Assembly (NCBI RefSeq): GCF_964204645.1
Contig: NC_134029.1
Coordinates: 20,764,950-20,828,949, forward strand
Source: Tubulanus polymorphus
Lineage: Eukaryota > Animalia > Nemertea
Direction of reading: 5' to 3'
DNA: 64,000 bases
Shown here: positions 1 through 11,927 of the stretch, one piece after another
How positions within the stretch are numbered: position 1 is the stretch's first letter
How the letters are laid out: each line of letters opens with the position of its first letter
Notes under the pieces: generated by a model
The model's input: only the letters and a program-made list of their open reading frames with translations
Databases searched by the model: none
Told to the model about the DNA's origin: nothing
Translations under genes and position numbers: made by a program

Positions 1-152
1 GTGCTTACTTTTTGACCTCTGAAAAATGTTGAAAAGCACTGAACTTAAGGCCTCAGTCTGACTGCTACAAACCCTGGGGTAGAGTCTATTGAACCCGATG
101 TTTGGGGTAGAATTCAGTATTTTAAAATTGTCATTTGTTCGTTTCTGTACAG

Positions 153-1832
153 AAGAAACCTGATGTCTGATTTTACTGAATCGGATTCGAGTCCAACAAC
201 ATCACCTAGTAAACCATCCCCGTCGCGTAAACGAGCATCGGTAACGCCGTTGAAAGGACCTCAAAATAAACGGTCAGTCGGAAATCCGGACTAGTCTCTT
301 GCTTTCACGAATTTAAAGATTGATTATTTTCATCGATTCGTAAAATTTCAGGAATAAGACGTCGACGAGTAAAAATGCTCAGTCACCGGCGAAGAAAAAG
401 ACAGCACCACCTGAGAAGAAGAAGCTCGGACGACCTAAGAAAAATGTGTAAGCCATCAAATTCATCTAGGATGAATCATCAAATTCAAACGATTTGGGAA
501 CTTCGGTCCAACCTTTCCCACTTCGATATACTAAGTTGTCAAATAAAAATATCAAATGACCGTACGATTGCATACTGAGTAACCATAACCATAAAATTTC
601 AACAGAGTTCAGTCAAATTCGGAAGTTGTAGATGGCGTTAGTATTCATTGCAGATTTGAATGATCAATGAACTAATGAAATCAAAGATATGTCCTTTATA
701 ATGCGACAGTTGTGACTAGAAGAACCATGGCACTAAAACGAAAAATGGCATCCAATTGTTTATGAGTTAGATTGAGCTAATTTGTTCTCTGAAAATGTTG
801 GCGTTAAGTGAAGATTGGCATTAAAAATGGACTTTCACTGTTTATTCAGATTGAACAGGATATTGATTATAACTATATTAAGACTTAATCTAGAATCTAC
901 TATCCACCTGGGGCCGGTTGCTCAGAAGTTGGTTAGAGTTAACCAGTGGATAGTTGATATGATGACAATTGAAATTTCATTGTTACTATGGTTTTTAACG
1001 GCCGGTTATCTTTAACCAACTTATGAGCAACTGGCCCCTGATGTTCTTTCATATATTTGTGTATAATCGGTTAGTAACGATTGGTTTGTCTTTTCATATT
1101 GTATAGAAGAACGGCAAACATACCAAATGGAGTGTCAGACAGTCAGTCGTCTGGACGGTCATCTAGAAAATCCACCCCATCATCAACACCTGCATCTTCT
1201 CCCCGTAAATCAGCAACACCGAACAAGGTAAGTCGAAATACTTCAAGACACCTGTAAACTGTGTCGTTTATGAAGTACAAACAAACTCAATTTTGCTGAT
1301 TATTTTAACATCTATGACCCCCATGTATTTTTGAAACATCACGTACATTGGTACATAGGAAGGGAGGAAATAGTTATAAGGATGTGTACGTATTGTACTT
1401 AATGAATGGTCGCGATCATTTCTCATTCAAAACTCTTCTTAGCCAAGCTAAAAAAACACTAACTTAACTCTTACATGGTTGCCACGGAACAGGGAAATTG
1501 AATATTAATTCCCAGTTTGGAAATATTTGGGAATTCAAAAATTCATTACATTTCACATATTGCATTTGCCAAGGGCAACTTCCTTCAGCAATTTCCCTTG
1601 AAAATTACCTTTATCAACCAGTCACCGCTAAAATGTTGACTGTAGCATGACGATATGTTTTCATTTCCATTTGGGAAAATTGAAAAATCACCCATGAAAT
1701 ACTTGGGAATTTTGAATTCATATAACTGCGCGAACCATGCTCTTAATACCAGTGTATCTATAAAGAGGAATTAATTACAACCTGTTCTATTTCCAGGCTA
1801 CAAAGCGACCAATTCGCAAGGGACGAAAGTGA
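153..1832 (+). CDS. 3' exons of a gene with a basic S/T/P/K-rich C-terminus and an AT-hook-like motif; possibly PDS5 cohesin cofactor (5' part outside window)
   Basis: Exons 153-272, 352-447, 1107-1227 and 1797-1832 have GT-AG borders and splice in frame: RNLMSDFTESDSSPTTSPSK...KKLGRPKKN...SSPRKSATPNK ATKRPIRKGRK*. The PDS5 identity is only suggested by the low-complexity AT-hook tail. Confidence 0.6.
911..1037. mobile_element. PIF/Harbinger-like MITE
   Basis: TIRs GGGCCGGTTGCTCAGAAGTTGGTTA ... TAACCAACTTATGAGCAACTGGCCC flanked by a 3-bp CTG duplication. A related copy lies at ~52918-53015 and similar termini at ~24340-24500. Confidence 0.7.
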
Positions 1833-3595
1833 ACTGCTAATTGACCCGAGTCGACCTACGATTCTTCATGCGCATTTTCAAATTGATTCGTTGAAATTAT
1901 TTTTATCGAGCTCCAGTCTCGCCGTTAAAACCGTGTGCAAATACCTAAATCGCGTGTGTTATAATGTCATAATTAAATGCATCATTTGTAAATGAATATA
2001 TCACGCCGTGTTAGAATGCGAGCATTGTTCGTGTCTGATGCTGCCACAATTTTATCTATTTCATGTGTATATATGATCTGATCATCCGTAGCAAATTGTA
2101 GAATTTTGTAGTTTTCATTAAAGGCATTTCTGTATTCGTCTATCTGGCTCTTTCAGCCAGACTTTCGATAGTATTCTTTTCAATTTTCTTCCAGTTCGTG
2201 TGTATTAATACCAGTATATGCTTGAATGTAATTTTTTTTTACTCGACATTAAAAAGATTATCCAATTATAGAATTATATTATTTTTCTTGGCCGATGAAA
2301 AGTTGTCGCTTTCTTGAGTCAAGTACGCTGGCTTTGTCATCGATCTATTCCAAAAATCTTGACTCGTAGAGATTTAAATTCAATACTATGTTATAATTGA
2401 TGAAAAAAATATATGTTATCATTCTGCTACTTGATACTCGGCAACTCTACTAGGATTTACTTCGCAGCAAGGCTCGATTTTCAAAATTTTAGTGATTATT
2501 GTATCTTCTCGAGATACGAGATCCTTCGATAGTCAGTATACCAGTTTGATTTAAGCTTCTGATCAAGAATACGCTGGAATTAAATCGACATCTTTGATGG
2601 GATCATTCATTTATTACGTACGCATAAAATTTGAATTTTTCATAGTTTATTTGAATTTTTAGTATCCATAGAAAAAATCTTGTACCCACGCAATACCAGG
2701 GGATACTGCCGAAATCGAGCCCGGACGAAAAAGGAGTCCGATGTCTTGACATCCTGCGTCGAGCACCAGCATCAGATCCATGAAAATCCTACTTGAGCAG
2801 AACTGCCAACTGTTCCTGATTTTAAGTATTTGTTATTAAATATTTTATAAAATTTTTTCTATAAGAAATACCAATAATATGAGAGATGTTAATAACTGCT
2901 TAATTTGAACATTTTCATATTACAATGAAATGTTACTTGAGAAAAAAACCAGTTAGTTACTGTAGCTCTTCTCAGTGGTTGGCAGCCCTGCTGGAGTAAG
3001 ACACTAGTTGATGATAATATTATATTAGAAAAGATAAATTTCGATATTCTATGTACAAAATATTTATTTCGAAAATGGTTTTCATGGGTGACAACACAAA
3101 ATAACAATTCAGATCGGGTTATCCACATTTAAATTAACTGTAGTTTTAACATTAATGATCAATTGTAGTATATAAATATATTTGTATGTAGTTAAACGAA
3201 GCATTATTGTTAAACTGAAGTGTTACAACATTCATATATTGTATAAAAATGTCGATCGAATAAATACCGATATAATTTTTACTGAAATTTGTCTTCAAAG
3301 TTTCATTCGTGTTGGGGGTAAGTGTCGGCCGAGAGTTTGGCTAAAAAAAAATGATACCTTGTTTCTCCTAATCGGCTGGGTCACTTCAGTAAACTGCAAT
3401 AAAATTTGTAATCAGTTCATCTTTATAGCTGCCAGATGAGTTAGCCTGATCATCATATAAAAAGAAAGTACCGGTAATGTACTGGGTAGATAAGTGGGTG
3501 GCCGGCCAGGTCCTGCAGAAATGAGAAACAAGGTATCAATTTTTTTAGCCTCATTTAAATCAAAAGTCCAATAGATTGTTCCACTTTCTTCCGAA

Positions 3596-6500
3596 TCAAT
3601 TCTTTTTTCCTCGTTTAGTTCCCGATGGTGGTTTTTGTAGCTGAAATCCGGTGGTGTTACCCGCGCCGAACGCCGGAGTGCCAAATCCGACCGGAGCTGG
3701 AGTCGAGATCGCCGATTGCGTACCACCAAATCCAATTCCACCTAAACTTGAAGTATTGCCAAAACCTACGATTAAAACGACAATGTTTTTAGATGGTGAA
3801 TACAAACGAACTCACTCTATTGGTCATAGCTCGGACTAGCTTCGAAGACGACTAATACAAATGACAACCTATACTTAGTGAATTGAATTGGAAATACAAA
3901 TTCGGACTCAAACACCGCGTTCCACCTGTATACAGATTAAAAAGGATTGTAGATGGTTAATACACAAGTGGAACCTCGTTAGAATGAATGACAATCAACT
4001 TGTATTAGAAAATACATAAGCGGATCATAGCATTTGATTTGAAAATCTCTTACTCTACTACAAGAATTACTCCATGATTCGTATGCGAAATGTTGAATTA
4101 ATGGATTTGATTTAATCATAAGCCGACGATAACATACATCACTAAGACTGCATAATATATAGCATTCTCATTATAATCAATACGATTTTTTGTTTGAATC
4201 ATAAGCATCGTGTACATATTTCAGTAGAACACACCCCGGGTCACTTAAAACATATAAAACATTATCGGTGAATCACGAGTGTAATGTTAGTATAGATTGT
4301 TAGCTCGTTACTATCATGTGATACAAGAACATTGAAAAGAAAGTGATTTCGCTTACCAAAACTAACCTAAAGGTTTAACGGATGGTAACAATGAACTCGT
4401 TGTACCAAACCCAAAACCTTGCGAGCCGAACGTACTATTATTCGCGCCAAAGCCAGATGTATTTGCCAGACCTGCCCGTGCAAAGTAAGAGAAGCACATT
4501 GCACTAAATTTGTGAGAAATACTAGCAGATAAACAGGACTTCAAATGATGTTAATACGGAATGGCTGTTTTTGACTGAAACAGACTCCTGGCGAGTTGAA
4601 AACAGCATTTTCATCCTAACACAGTGTTGATTATCAACGGTTTCGCCTCGAACGATAAGCAACATTGACAGATGACTAGCAGCCAGAATTCCTGGAACAG
4701 CCCATTAAGTTGAATACACTACCAGTATGAACATGGATATGATCTAAAGAGATTAATAATTGTCTAGGATTCGATCCATTCCAATCTATCTGGTTCGTTG
4801 AAAAAGCTTCCTTAATAGTGATTAAATCATTCCAAGAAATCAGGCTGACTGTGGGGGTAGCGTGAACCATACACACATCTAATAAGATAAATCTGTGTAG
4901 CGGTCTGGTGCAACTAACATTACGAAAGAATACGGTTTTCAACTTATGAAATCTTCAGCATAATAATGACAAAACAATTTCGAAGGGCCACATTTATAAA
5001 GTACTAGGGTTATCATTGCTATACATGGACATTGAAATATACATGTGTACAAGTACGTGCACTTCACAATGACCCGTGTCAAACAATGGAATACATCGAC
5101 AGTAACGTATATAGTGCTACGTATATATTATACTGAACATGTTCAACATATTTCTAAATATTCAAGATATATAATATATTTCTTACATGTATAACTAATA
5201 TAAGACACACACTAATATCAAATGTACATATCATCTACAGCCGACAACTAGAAATTGAAGCCAAAGTGAATGCACAGATCTACAGAAAAATCTGCCTAGA
5301 GTTTTAAAAATCTCAAGATTGTCAAGAAGAAATTGGTAAAAGTTTTGCCGAAATTAAATTCGAACGGTTGCTTCAGAGGAAGGATTTGCATACTGTCTAC
5401 AGGAATTATGAATTCAATAGGCATCAATTTTTTCAAGCTGATAGCATGTAGTATTATTACCGTAGTTAAAAAGCTGAGATGCAATACAATGTATAAATAG
5501 AGAGTTAGTAGTATATATGTGCAAACTTACCTCCAAATGCACCAATTTGACCAGTAGGTTGAGTCCCAGAGAATCCCGCATTCAGCCCCAGAGTAGGAGG
5601 CGCACCAGCTAGATGTGAGAGTAAACAAAACTAAGCTTCTTTTGCTGTGGTTAATCACCCAAGATCTTCCAGACCTTTATCATTATTTCCTCGACTCCTC
5701 ACCTTGAGGTTGCTGTCCTCGATTCATAGCCGTCGCCATTGCAACAGCGGTAGCGTTTGAAATTCCGGTAAACGCCGTTGGACCGGTTCGAATTATCGGC
5801 GTCGCTGTCTGTCCAGTTTTCTCCGCCATTTTTTTCTGAGTTTGGAAAATATTTTGAGATTCGCCGTGGAATACTTTCCGGTAGTTCAAGTAATGTTCTT
5901 TTTGCGTCTAAAAAATGAAATCGACGCAAATTTACTGAATACATTCTTTACGACAAGTTCTAGTGTAGCTCACTGGTATATTACATGATAAAGCTCCCTA
6001 CCTTCACAGCTTCATGTATGACCTGTAACTGTGCAGCCAGCGCGATGAATGTTTCATGTAACTTTCTCAATAGATTTGTGAGATCTGGAATTTAGTATAC
6101 ATTAATTTATTTTACCTATCTACCCAGCAAAGTAAGTCTCTCTAAATTCTCCCTAATTAGGAGAATTTCTCTCGTAAAAAAATAATCTTACCTTGTGGAG
6201 TGATAAATGCGGGTTGATTCAAACTGGCAAAATGACTTTCAACGTTATCAATTTGCTGTCTGTATACCTGCATACGCAATTCAAAGTCTTCTACGAGCTG
6301 CTGGAAATAACTGCATTGAAAGTAAAAGAAATTGCGTCAGTAAAACAAGATCTATTCATCTTCAGTCATGTATCTCTCTTGTAATATTTCTATAGCGAGG
6401 ATGCGCCAGGTTAGATAGTGCCACTGGGTTACTGCACTTCAATTTCTTCTACATTTCAATTAAACTTGAATCAACTTTTCTCATCAGTTTCCAGTAAAAC

Positions 6501-9500
6501 TATACTGTATACTCATTGCGAATGTCAATCTTATATCTATTTGACAACATTTATAACATATATCTTGTTTGATAACATTTCCATTTAAGAGCTTAAAAAT
6601 CCAGTTCAAAGTTCATCCAAAATGAACTATTTTTCACTACAAATTACTGAATGTACTGTTACGCCATCTGGTGTGTGCCGGTACCCAATTTCGATTATTG
6701 ATATACATTGTATCTGTTCACTTACTCGGCTGGTGCTGTGTTCTCGTACTGAAGCCCAGGTGGTGTGTCTTTAGTTCTTTGTGCAGTTTCTACATTTTTC
6801 ATTTCCTGAAAACAGCAATATTTTCTAAACTAAGAGTATATATTTTACCAAAACTGATCAACTTAATCACAAAATAATTTAGAAGTATTTGCCTATGAAC
6901 TGACCCATTCTAATACACGGCAATTTGAAAAATCAGATATTATTATTTTCTTAATATACCTGGGCAGTTTCCATCTTGAGTTTTTCAATCGCTCCAGCGT
7001 TACGTTGTAGACCATTCGACACAACCGACAACAACTGACGTATTGATTGAACATCCTCTTGCACCCTGAACACTGGTTTAGATGACATACGAGCTATATT
7101 CTCGCGCACGACTTTCTGATCTTTTACGTATTTCCTAAATAAGAAAATACATCTAGAATGTTTTGTAGCAGTAAGGATTATGCAGAAATAAGTACTTTTC
7201 AGCGCTTTTGCTGCACTGTGAATCCCACCCATTATAGACATGATGTAACTGATCATCATGATTTGTCAAACTATAACAATAACCTATGGATAAATCATTT
7301 ATGTCATTCATATATTATAAAATGTTAATTGCCTAGAAGTGATGAATGCTTGGATTTTGATTATTTGATCAACACCTTAAGTATCACAATTACGAATGTT
7401 GTGACAAAGATTTTTCGGGTAACTCGCAAGTCAAAAAGTAGCACTTTTCAGACATTTTTGTGAAAAATAACCACAAATCAGGATCACAACAAATTTTTTC
7501 CAAAAAAAGTAGCGCTTAGTAGATTTGCTACAGATTATGTCGAGGTACATTGATTGAAGATCAATCAGTGAAGTAGAGTAAACATGCTTAACTAAAAACT
7601 CACTTGAAATTTTCCACAGTTTCAACGATTTCATTTGGAATTCCGGTTTCCTTCACAGCTTTACTATCACTATAGTACATAAATCATGGTTTAAATACAG
7701 AAGCACAATCTTTTTAAGAAAATCGGATAATTCTCGTCGATGAATATACCTCGGTTTACCGTTGTTGCCATTTCCTTGTAGATTCGAAGTCGTCACCTGC
7801 GGATTTATACCTCCTAGACCTTTATTACTCGGCGCAGACGACGTAGCAGAAAACGCGGGAGCTAACGTCAAACTACTCGTAGTTGGTTTGGCTATAAAAT
7901 AAATTTACAAATTACCTACAGTATGTTACATGAAAAGCAACCCGGATCATTGTCAAATCTAACAGCTAGCTGAATAAACCACGAAAAGCAGATGTAGCTG
8001 ATGAAGCAGTTAAAAATTTCAAATAGTTTGTAAAAGTTAAAGATAAATTTGCATTTTGATTCTCAATTAAAATCTATAATAAGCCCTGATCACGCAGAGA
8101 TGATTTAGCCCAGGTCGAATTGGCATGCACTAGACTGGAGTCAAATTTAGCCCAACCACTCACTCGATATCTCGAAAGTGAGCCCAGTTACTTCCAGAAC
8201 TAGTATTCATACGCAATAATTTGACCTGTGCTAAAATTTGGCCAAAAATACTTTTGTGGTCACATGGCTATAGACTAGTGTATGGTTCATACTTACTGCT
8301 TAGATTAAGACCTGTATTTTGAAATAAGCCGCCAGTGGCAGGCTTTGCCAATCCACCTAGTGTACCAGTCGCTGGCGTCGTTCCTAAACCTAAACCGGTT
8401 CCCAATCCGCTGGCCGGTGTTCCGCCGAGAGTAAAGCCTGTACTGGCGCTGGCAGGCGTCGTACCGAGACTGAATCCAGATGCAGCAGGCGTCGAACCCA
8501 AACTGAATCCCGTACCGGCTCCCGCCGCTGGTGTCGTTCCTAGACTGAATCCCGTAGCAGTCGTCGCGGGGGTCGTTCCCAAGGTGAATCCGGTAGCCGG
8601 TTTACTGGCGGCTGGTGTAGCTCCTCCCAGACTGAACCCTGAAGTAAAACCGGTGGTGGTACCACCACTAGCAGCCGGAGTACCGAATGTTGTTTTACCA
8701 GCACCGAATGATAGACCAGTACTTACTGTTGTTGCAGCTGGTGTCCCTGAGGAAGCAAATTTCTTCTCAATTACCCATTTGCATAAATAGAATTTTCATT
8801 TATAAGAAATTTCGAATATATGACACGACATACCAAATGCGACTCCAGTTGGTTTAGTGGTACCAAATGTCAAGCCTCCAGCTGCTGCTAAAAATAAAGC
8901 AATATCTGTTTAGTAAGGATATGAAAGCAAACGTTTAACAAAGATTTTATATTATTCATATCAAGATTATTTAGGTTTTTTTTTAAGAAAACCTCGGACT
9001 ATTTGCGATCATTCTAATCAAATGAGAGAATTGATAATTAATGTTTATGATCTGCTTAGAATAAATGAGTGAGTTTCAGTTGTTTAGAAATGTTTAATTA
9101 GGTTGACTGTATTTTTCTTGATCAAAGACGTAGTTTAAAATCTCTGTTCAGGCTAAAGTGAGTAACATGCTAATTAAGAGTGATGGTCAGTAATCTACGT
9201 TTAATTACTGATTTCAGTTGGCATAGTTCAGCAATGTTTAATTAGTTTGATCTTATTCTTGATCAAAGATGTAATTTACAATACAGTGTGATTAGCCTTG
9301 GGTGAGTAACAGAACAATTAAGAGTGATGGTCAGTAATTCATGGTTAATTACCTATTCATAGATAGTAAGTCTTTTAATCATGAGTGAACTAAGGTTAAT
9401 TAGTGACAATTGTGTCATTTACTCCAATGGGAGGAGCCTAATGCTTTAAATAGAGAGGATTTTTGGTTTGTTCCATCAGTTGCTTCAAGTGATACACATC

Positions 9501-11077
9501 TAGAATCATGTATTCAACTATGTCAGCAAGTTTTACCAGTGGATACGGACGTCAAACACCACCGTTACAGACTATGTACCACACGATGCCCGAGTTATCA
9601 TCCGTGCCATACATAGAATACCAGACTGTACCGCAAGCGTGGTCTACGCCAACATACCAGATACCCAGATATCAAACGTACCAAGCAGCACCGCTAGAGA
9701 TGCCATCGCCGATAGATACAGCAAGATGGTTTCATCACCCACAGCAATCCGGGATGTCTCCAGCGCTGAACCAGGGATCAGATGTCAGTAGCAGTTCGTA
9801 CGGTACCAGTGATAGCAGCAGAATCAGCACCAGTTCTAGCGCTTCGAACATTAGCACCAGTTCTAACGCTTCGAACATCGGCACCAGTTCTAGTGCTTCA
9901 AACATCAGCACCAGTTCTAACGCTTCGAACATCAGCACCAGTTCCGAAGCTTCAAGCATCAAAACTGAACCGAGAAAGAAACTCAAAGCTAAACGAAGAC
10001 GTAAAGACAACGATACATCTCATCAGAAGAACTCTCCTCTTCCGGAACAAGCCGTGCAGATTATGACGAATTGGTACGAAATTCACCGCGATAATCCGTA
10101 CCCGACGGAAACCGAGAAACAAGAAATGTCGTTAGCCGGCGGAATCCAAGTCAATCAAGTAACGGCCTGGTTTTCGAACAAGAGAAATCGTTCGCATAAT
10201 ACTCGACCGAGAACTGAGAAACGAAAACTAGAGGAACAACTTTACGCTTTCTGCGACGAATTGTTACAACCTTCGAACAAGAAATATATCGTCGATCCAG
10301 CTACAGTGGTAAATAGAATCATGGGACTCATCAAAGAAAACAGCTGAAGAAACCTATACCAAACTTGAACCGAAGAATATTGTATTATCTGTGCTACTCT
10401 GTTATTTCTGTTGTTAAAAGATTATCTGTTGTTAAAATGTTATCAATAAAAAAAAAATTATAAAACAAAAACTTTTCTCCATAGTTGGTTTTGGTACTGG
10501 ATTAATCAGAGGATGAATTCCAATTGGACACGACATAAAGTATATTATTCCTCAAGATGCTTACCACCAGGAGTTGTTCCAAAAGAAAATCCACCAGTTG
10601 TTGCAGCTGTGTTGGTGCTAAAAGAAAGAAGAGTAGTAATGAAACAAAGATAAGGTTATATTGTAACCAGTGACAGTTAAGTTATGAGGTAACTTGGTAG
10701 AATAAAATCCCCATTGATGGAGATACGTTTAATTATACATTGTCAATGTGAACTTTTCATATGATAATGTGGGCCTACACAATTAAAACCTTTTAGAAAG
10801 CAGAAAATGCTCAGTTAGATTTATAACGTTTGAGATCGTTATTCTCTCGTGTTTGAACATGATAATTAGGTTGAGTTAATTAAGTTCTCACCCTTCACAT
10901 AAATCATAAGCCCGCTTAAAAATCTTTTGATGTCTGTTTATTTCGGTAATTAATAAGTTTTTTCATTTTTCAACTTAAAAACCTTTCTCATCGACTATAC
11001 AATTAAACTAGTCATATGAAATAGTTATTCTCAGATATTTCTTACCTGGGAGTGCCGAACGAAAATCCCGATGTCAT
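3596..11077 (-). CDS. NUP58: Nucleoporin p58/p45 (FG-repeat central channel nucleoporin)
   Basis: Starts MTSGFSFGTP (ATG 11077). Has FG/FSLG-rich N-terminal exons and a coiled-coil core (KYVKDQKVVRENIARMSSK, TPPGLQYENTAPADYFQQLV, LHETFIALAAQLQ). Ends GFQLQKPPSGTKRGKKN*, like vertebrate NUP58. Approximate exons: 11046-11077, 10565-10617, 8834-8887, 8297-8746, 7750-7891, 7604-7669, 6960-7134, 6726-6805, 6192-6310, 6002-6084, 5703-5907, 5531-5607, 4356-4471, 3596-3767. Confidence 0.93.
9035..9482 (+). promoter_or_regulatory. Promoter/enhancer of the nested homeobox gene
   Basis: Seven TAATTA hexamers (9035, 9095, 9171, 9202, 9239, 9346, 9397); a direct repeat offset by 144 bp (9089 vs 9233); TGACA-ATTG-TGTCA at 9404-9417; CCAAT at 9424; TATA-like TTTAAATA at 9445; Inr TCAGTT at 9476, about 30 bp after the TATA. 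Confidence 0.7.
9508..10347 (+). CDS. Intronless divergent TALE-class homeobox protein (SPILE-like), nested antisense in NUP58 intron 2
   Basis: 279-aa ORF with homeodomain LPEQAVQIMTNWYEIHRDNPYPTETEKQEMSLAGGIQVNQVTAWFSNKRNR (TALE PYP loop; WFxNxR helix 3) and a Y/P/Q/S-rich N-terminus. It lies between NUP58 exons 10565-10617 and 8834-8887. Confidence 0.9.
   Translation: MYSTMSASFTSGYGRQTPPLQTMYHTMPELSSVPYIEYQTVPQAWSTPTYQIPRYQTYQAAPLEMPSPIDTARWFHHPQQSGMSPALNQGSDVSSSSYGTSDSSRISTSSSASNISTSSNASNIGTSSSASNISTSSNASNISTSSEASSIKTEPRKKLKAKRRRKDNDTSHQKNSPLPEQAVQIMTNWYEIHRDNPYPTETEKQEMSLAGGIQVNQVTAWFSNKRNRSHNTRPRTEKRKLEEQLYAFCDELLQPSNKKYIVDPATVVNRIMGLIKENS
9823..9960 (+). repeat. Coding 27-bp tandem repeat (ISTSSxASN, about 5 copies)
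   Basis: ATCAGCACCAGTTCTAxCGCTTCGAAC units preserve the frame inside the homeobox ORF. Confidence 0.9.
10445..10450 (+). terminator. PolyA signal of the nested homeobox gene
   Basis: AATAAA ~100 nt after the stop, running into an A tract, with GT-rich sequence downstream (~10484-10495). Confidence 0.7.
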
Positions 11078-11221
11078 CTTTTCGGGCTGTTAAACGGGAA
11101 AAAATCGGCAAAAATCGAAGAAAAATTCAACTACGGATGCAGTAGATTCGATACATCCGCCGGTCAACAATTTTTCTTCGTGCCCTAAACACACATGTTG
11201 AACGAATAAACCTCTATTCAG
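11078..11221. promoter_or_regulatory. Bidirectional promoter NUP58 / NAT10
   Basis: NUP58 ATG at 11077 (-). A probable NAT10 non-coding exon ends at CAG|GTAAAT ~11221 (+), with an acceptor at ~11868 before the NAT10 ATG. Confidence 0.6.
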
Positions 11222-11508
11222 GTAAATATCCCGGACTTAACGTTAATGATTTGGCCATGATTCTACTTTAAACGATAAATATAACGTTCATTGAGCCTTA
11301 GTAACGTGAAACCATGGGTTGTATTCTTATTGTTGATGTTGAGGGAAGTTTGTAAACTGTTTTATCAGTCGTGCTAAGTATCGACGATAACCGTCATAAT
11401 CGTCATTAGATGGGGAACCGGATCAGTGATTTTTTCACCAATTACCATCATCGCTTACCAGGTTTTGATAACCTCCTGTCGAAGCTCACGCCAATATAAA
11501 CCCTGATC

Positions 11509-11742
11509 GCATTTCCTTCATAGTTCTATTTACAGTTAACACTGCCCAAGATTTCTTTGGGTGGAGGACAGGTTGCCGCCACCAGCCTATATATTTAGCC
11601 AATCAGCTACATGGTTTTTCACCGACAGATTCGCTTAAGCAAAACAACACATCTGATTGGCTAGATAATAGACTGGTGGCTGCTGAGCAACCTGCCTGCC
11701 CAAGAAGTTTTTGGCCATGTAATAGACCAATGAAGGAAGTGC
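11509..11742. mobile_element. Foldback/MITE-like palindromic element in the NAT10 5'UTR intron
   Basis: Inverted arms GCATTTCCTTCAT...CAGGTTGC..GCCACCAG..TAGCCAATCAG and CTGATTGGCTA..CTGGTGGC..GCAACCTG...ATGAAGGAAGTGC. Confidence 0.65.
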
Positions 11743-11927
11743 AGCGAGAGTTTGCGTAAGCGTTGTGAGATCAATCAGTTACAGGATAAATTTATAAATT
11801 TATTTAGCTGGATAGTGCGCATTTGATTAGGTCTTTGAGTACAACAACATATTACTGTATTATTGTAGGTGTATGTGTAGCGTAGAAGAATTATATGTTT
11901 ATATGAGAACAATTGGCAGATGTAACA

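Noticed and set aside
8335-8790. 151-aa P/V/A-rich + strand ORF (also 3651-3839, 9735-10010, 9782-10066, 51903-52325)
   Set aside because: These are antisense or alternate-frame shadows of real coding exons.
10445-10470. A-tract as a retroposition polyA scar for the homeobox gene
   Set aside because: The A run directly overlaps AATAAA instead of lying 10-30 nt downstream, no TSD was found, and a full promoter is present.
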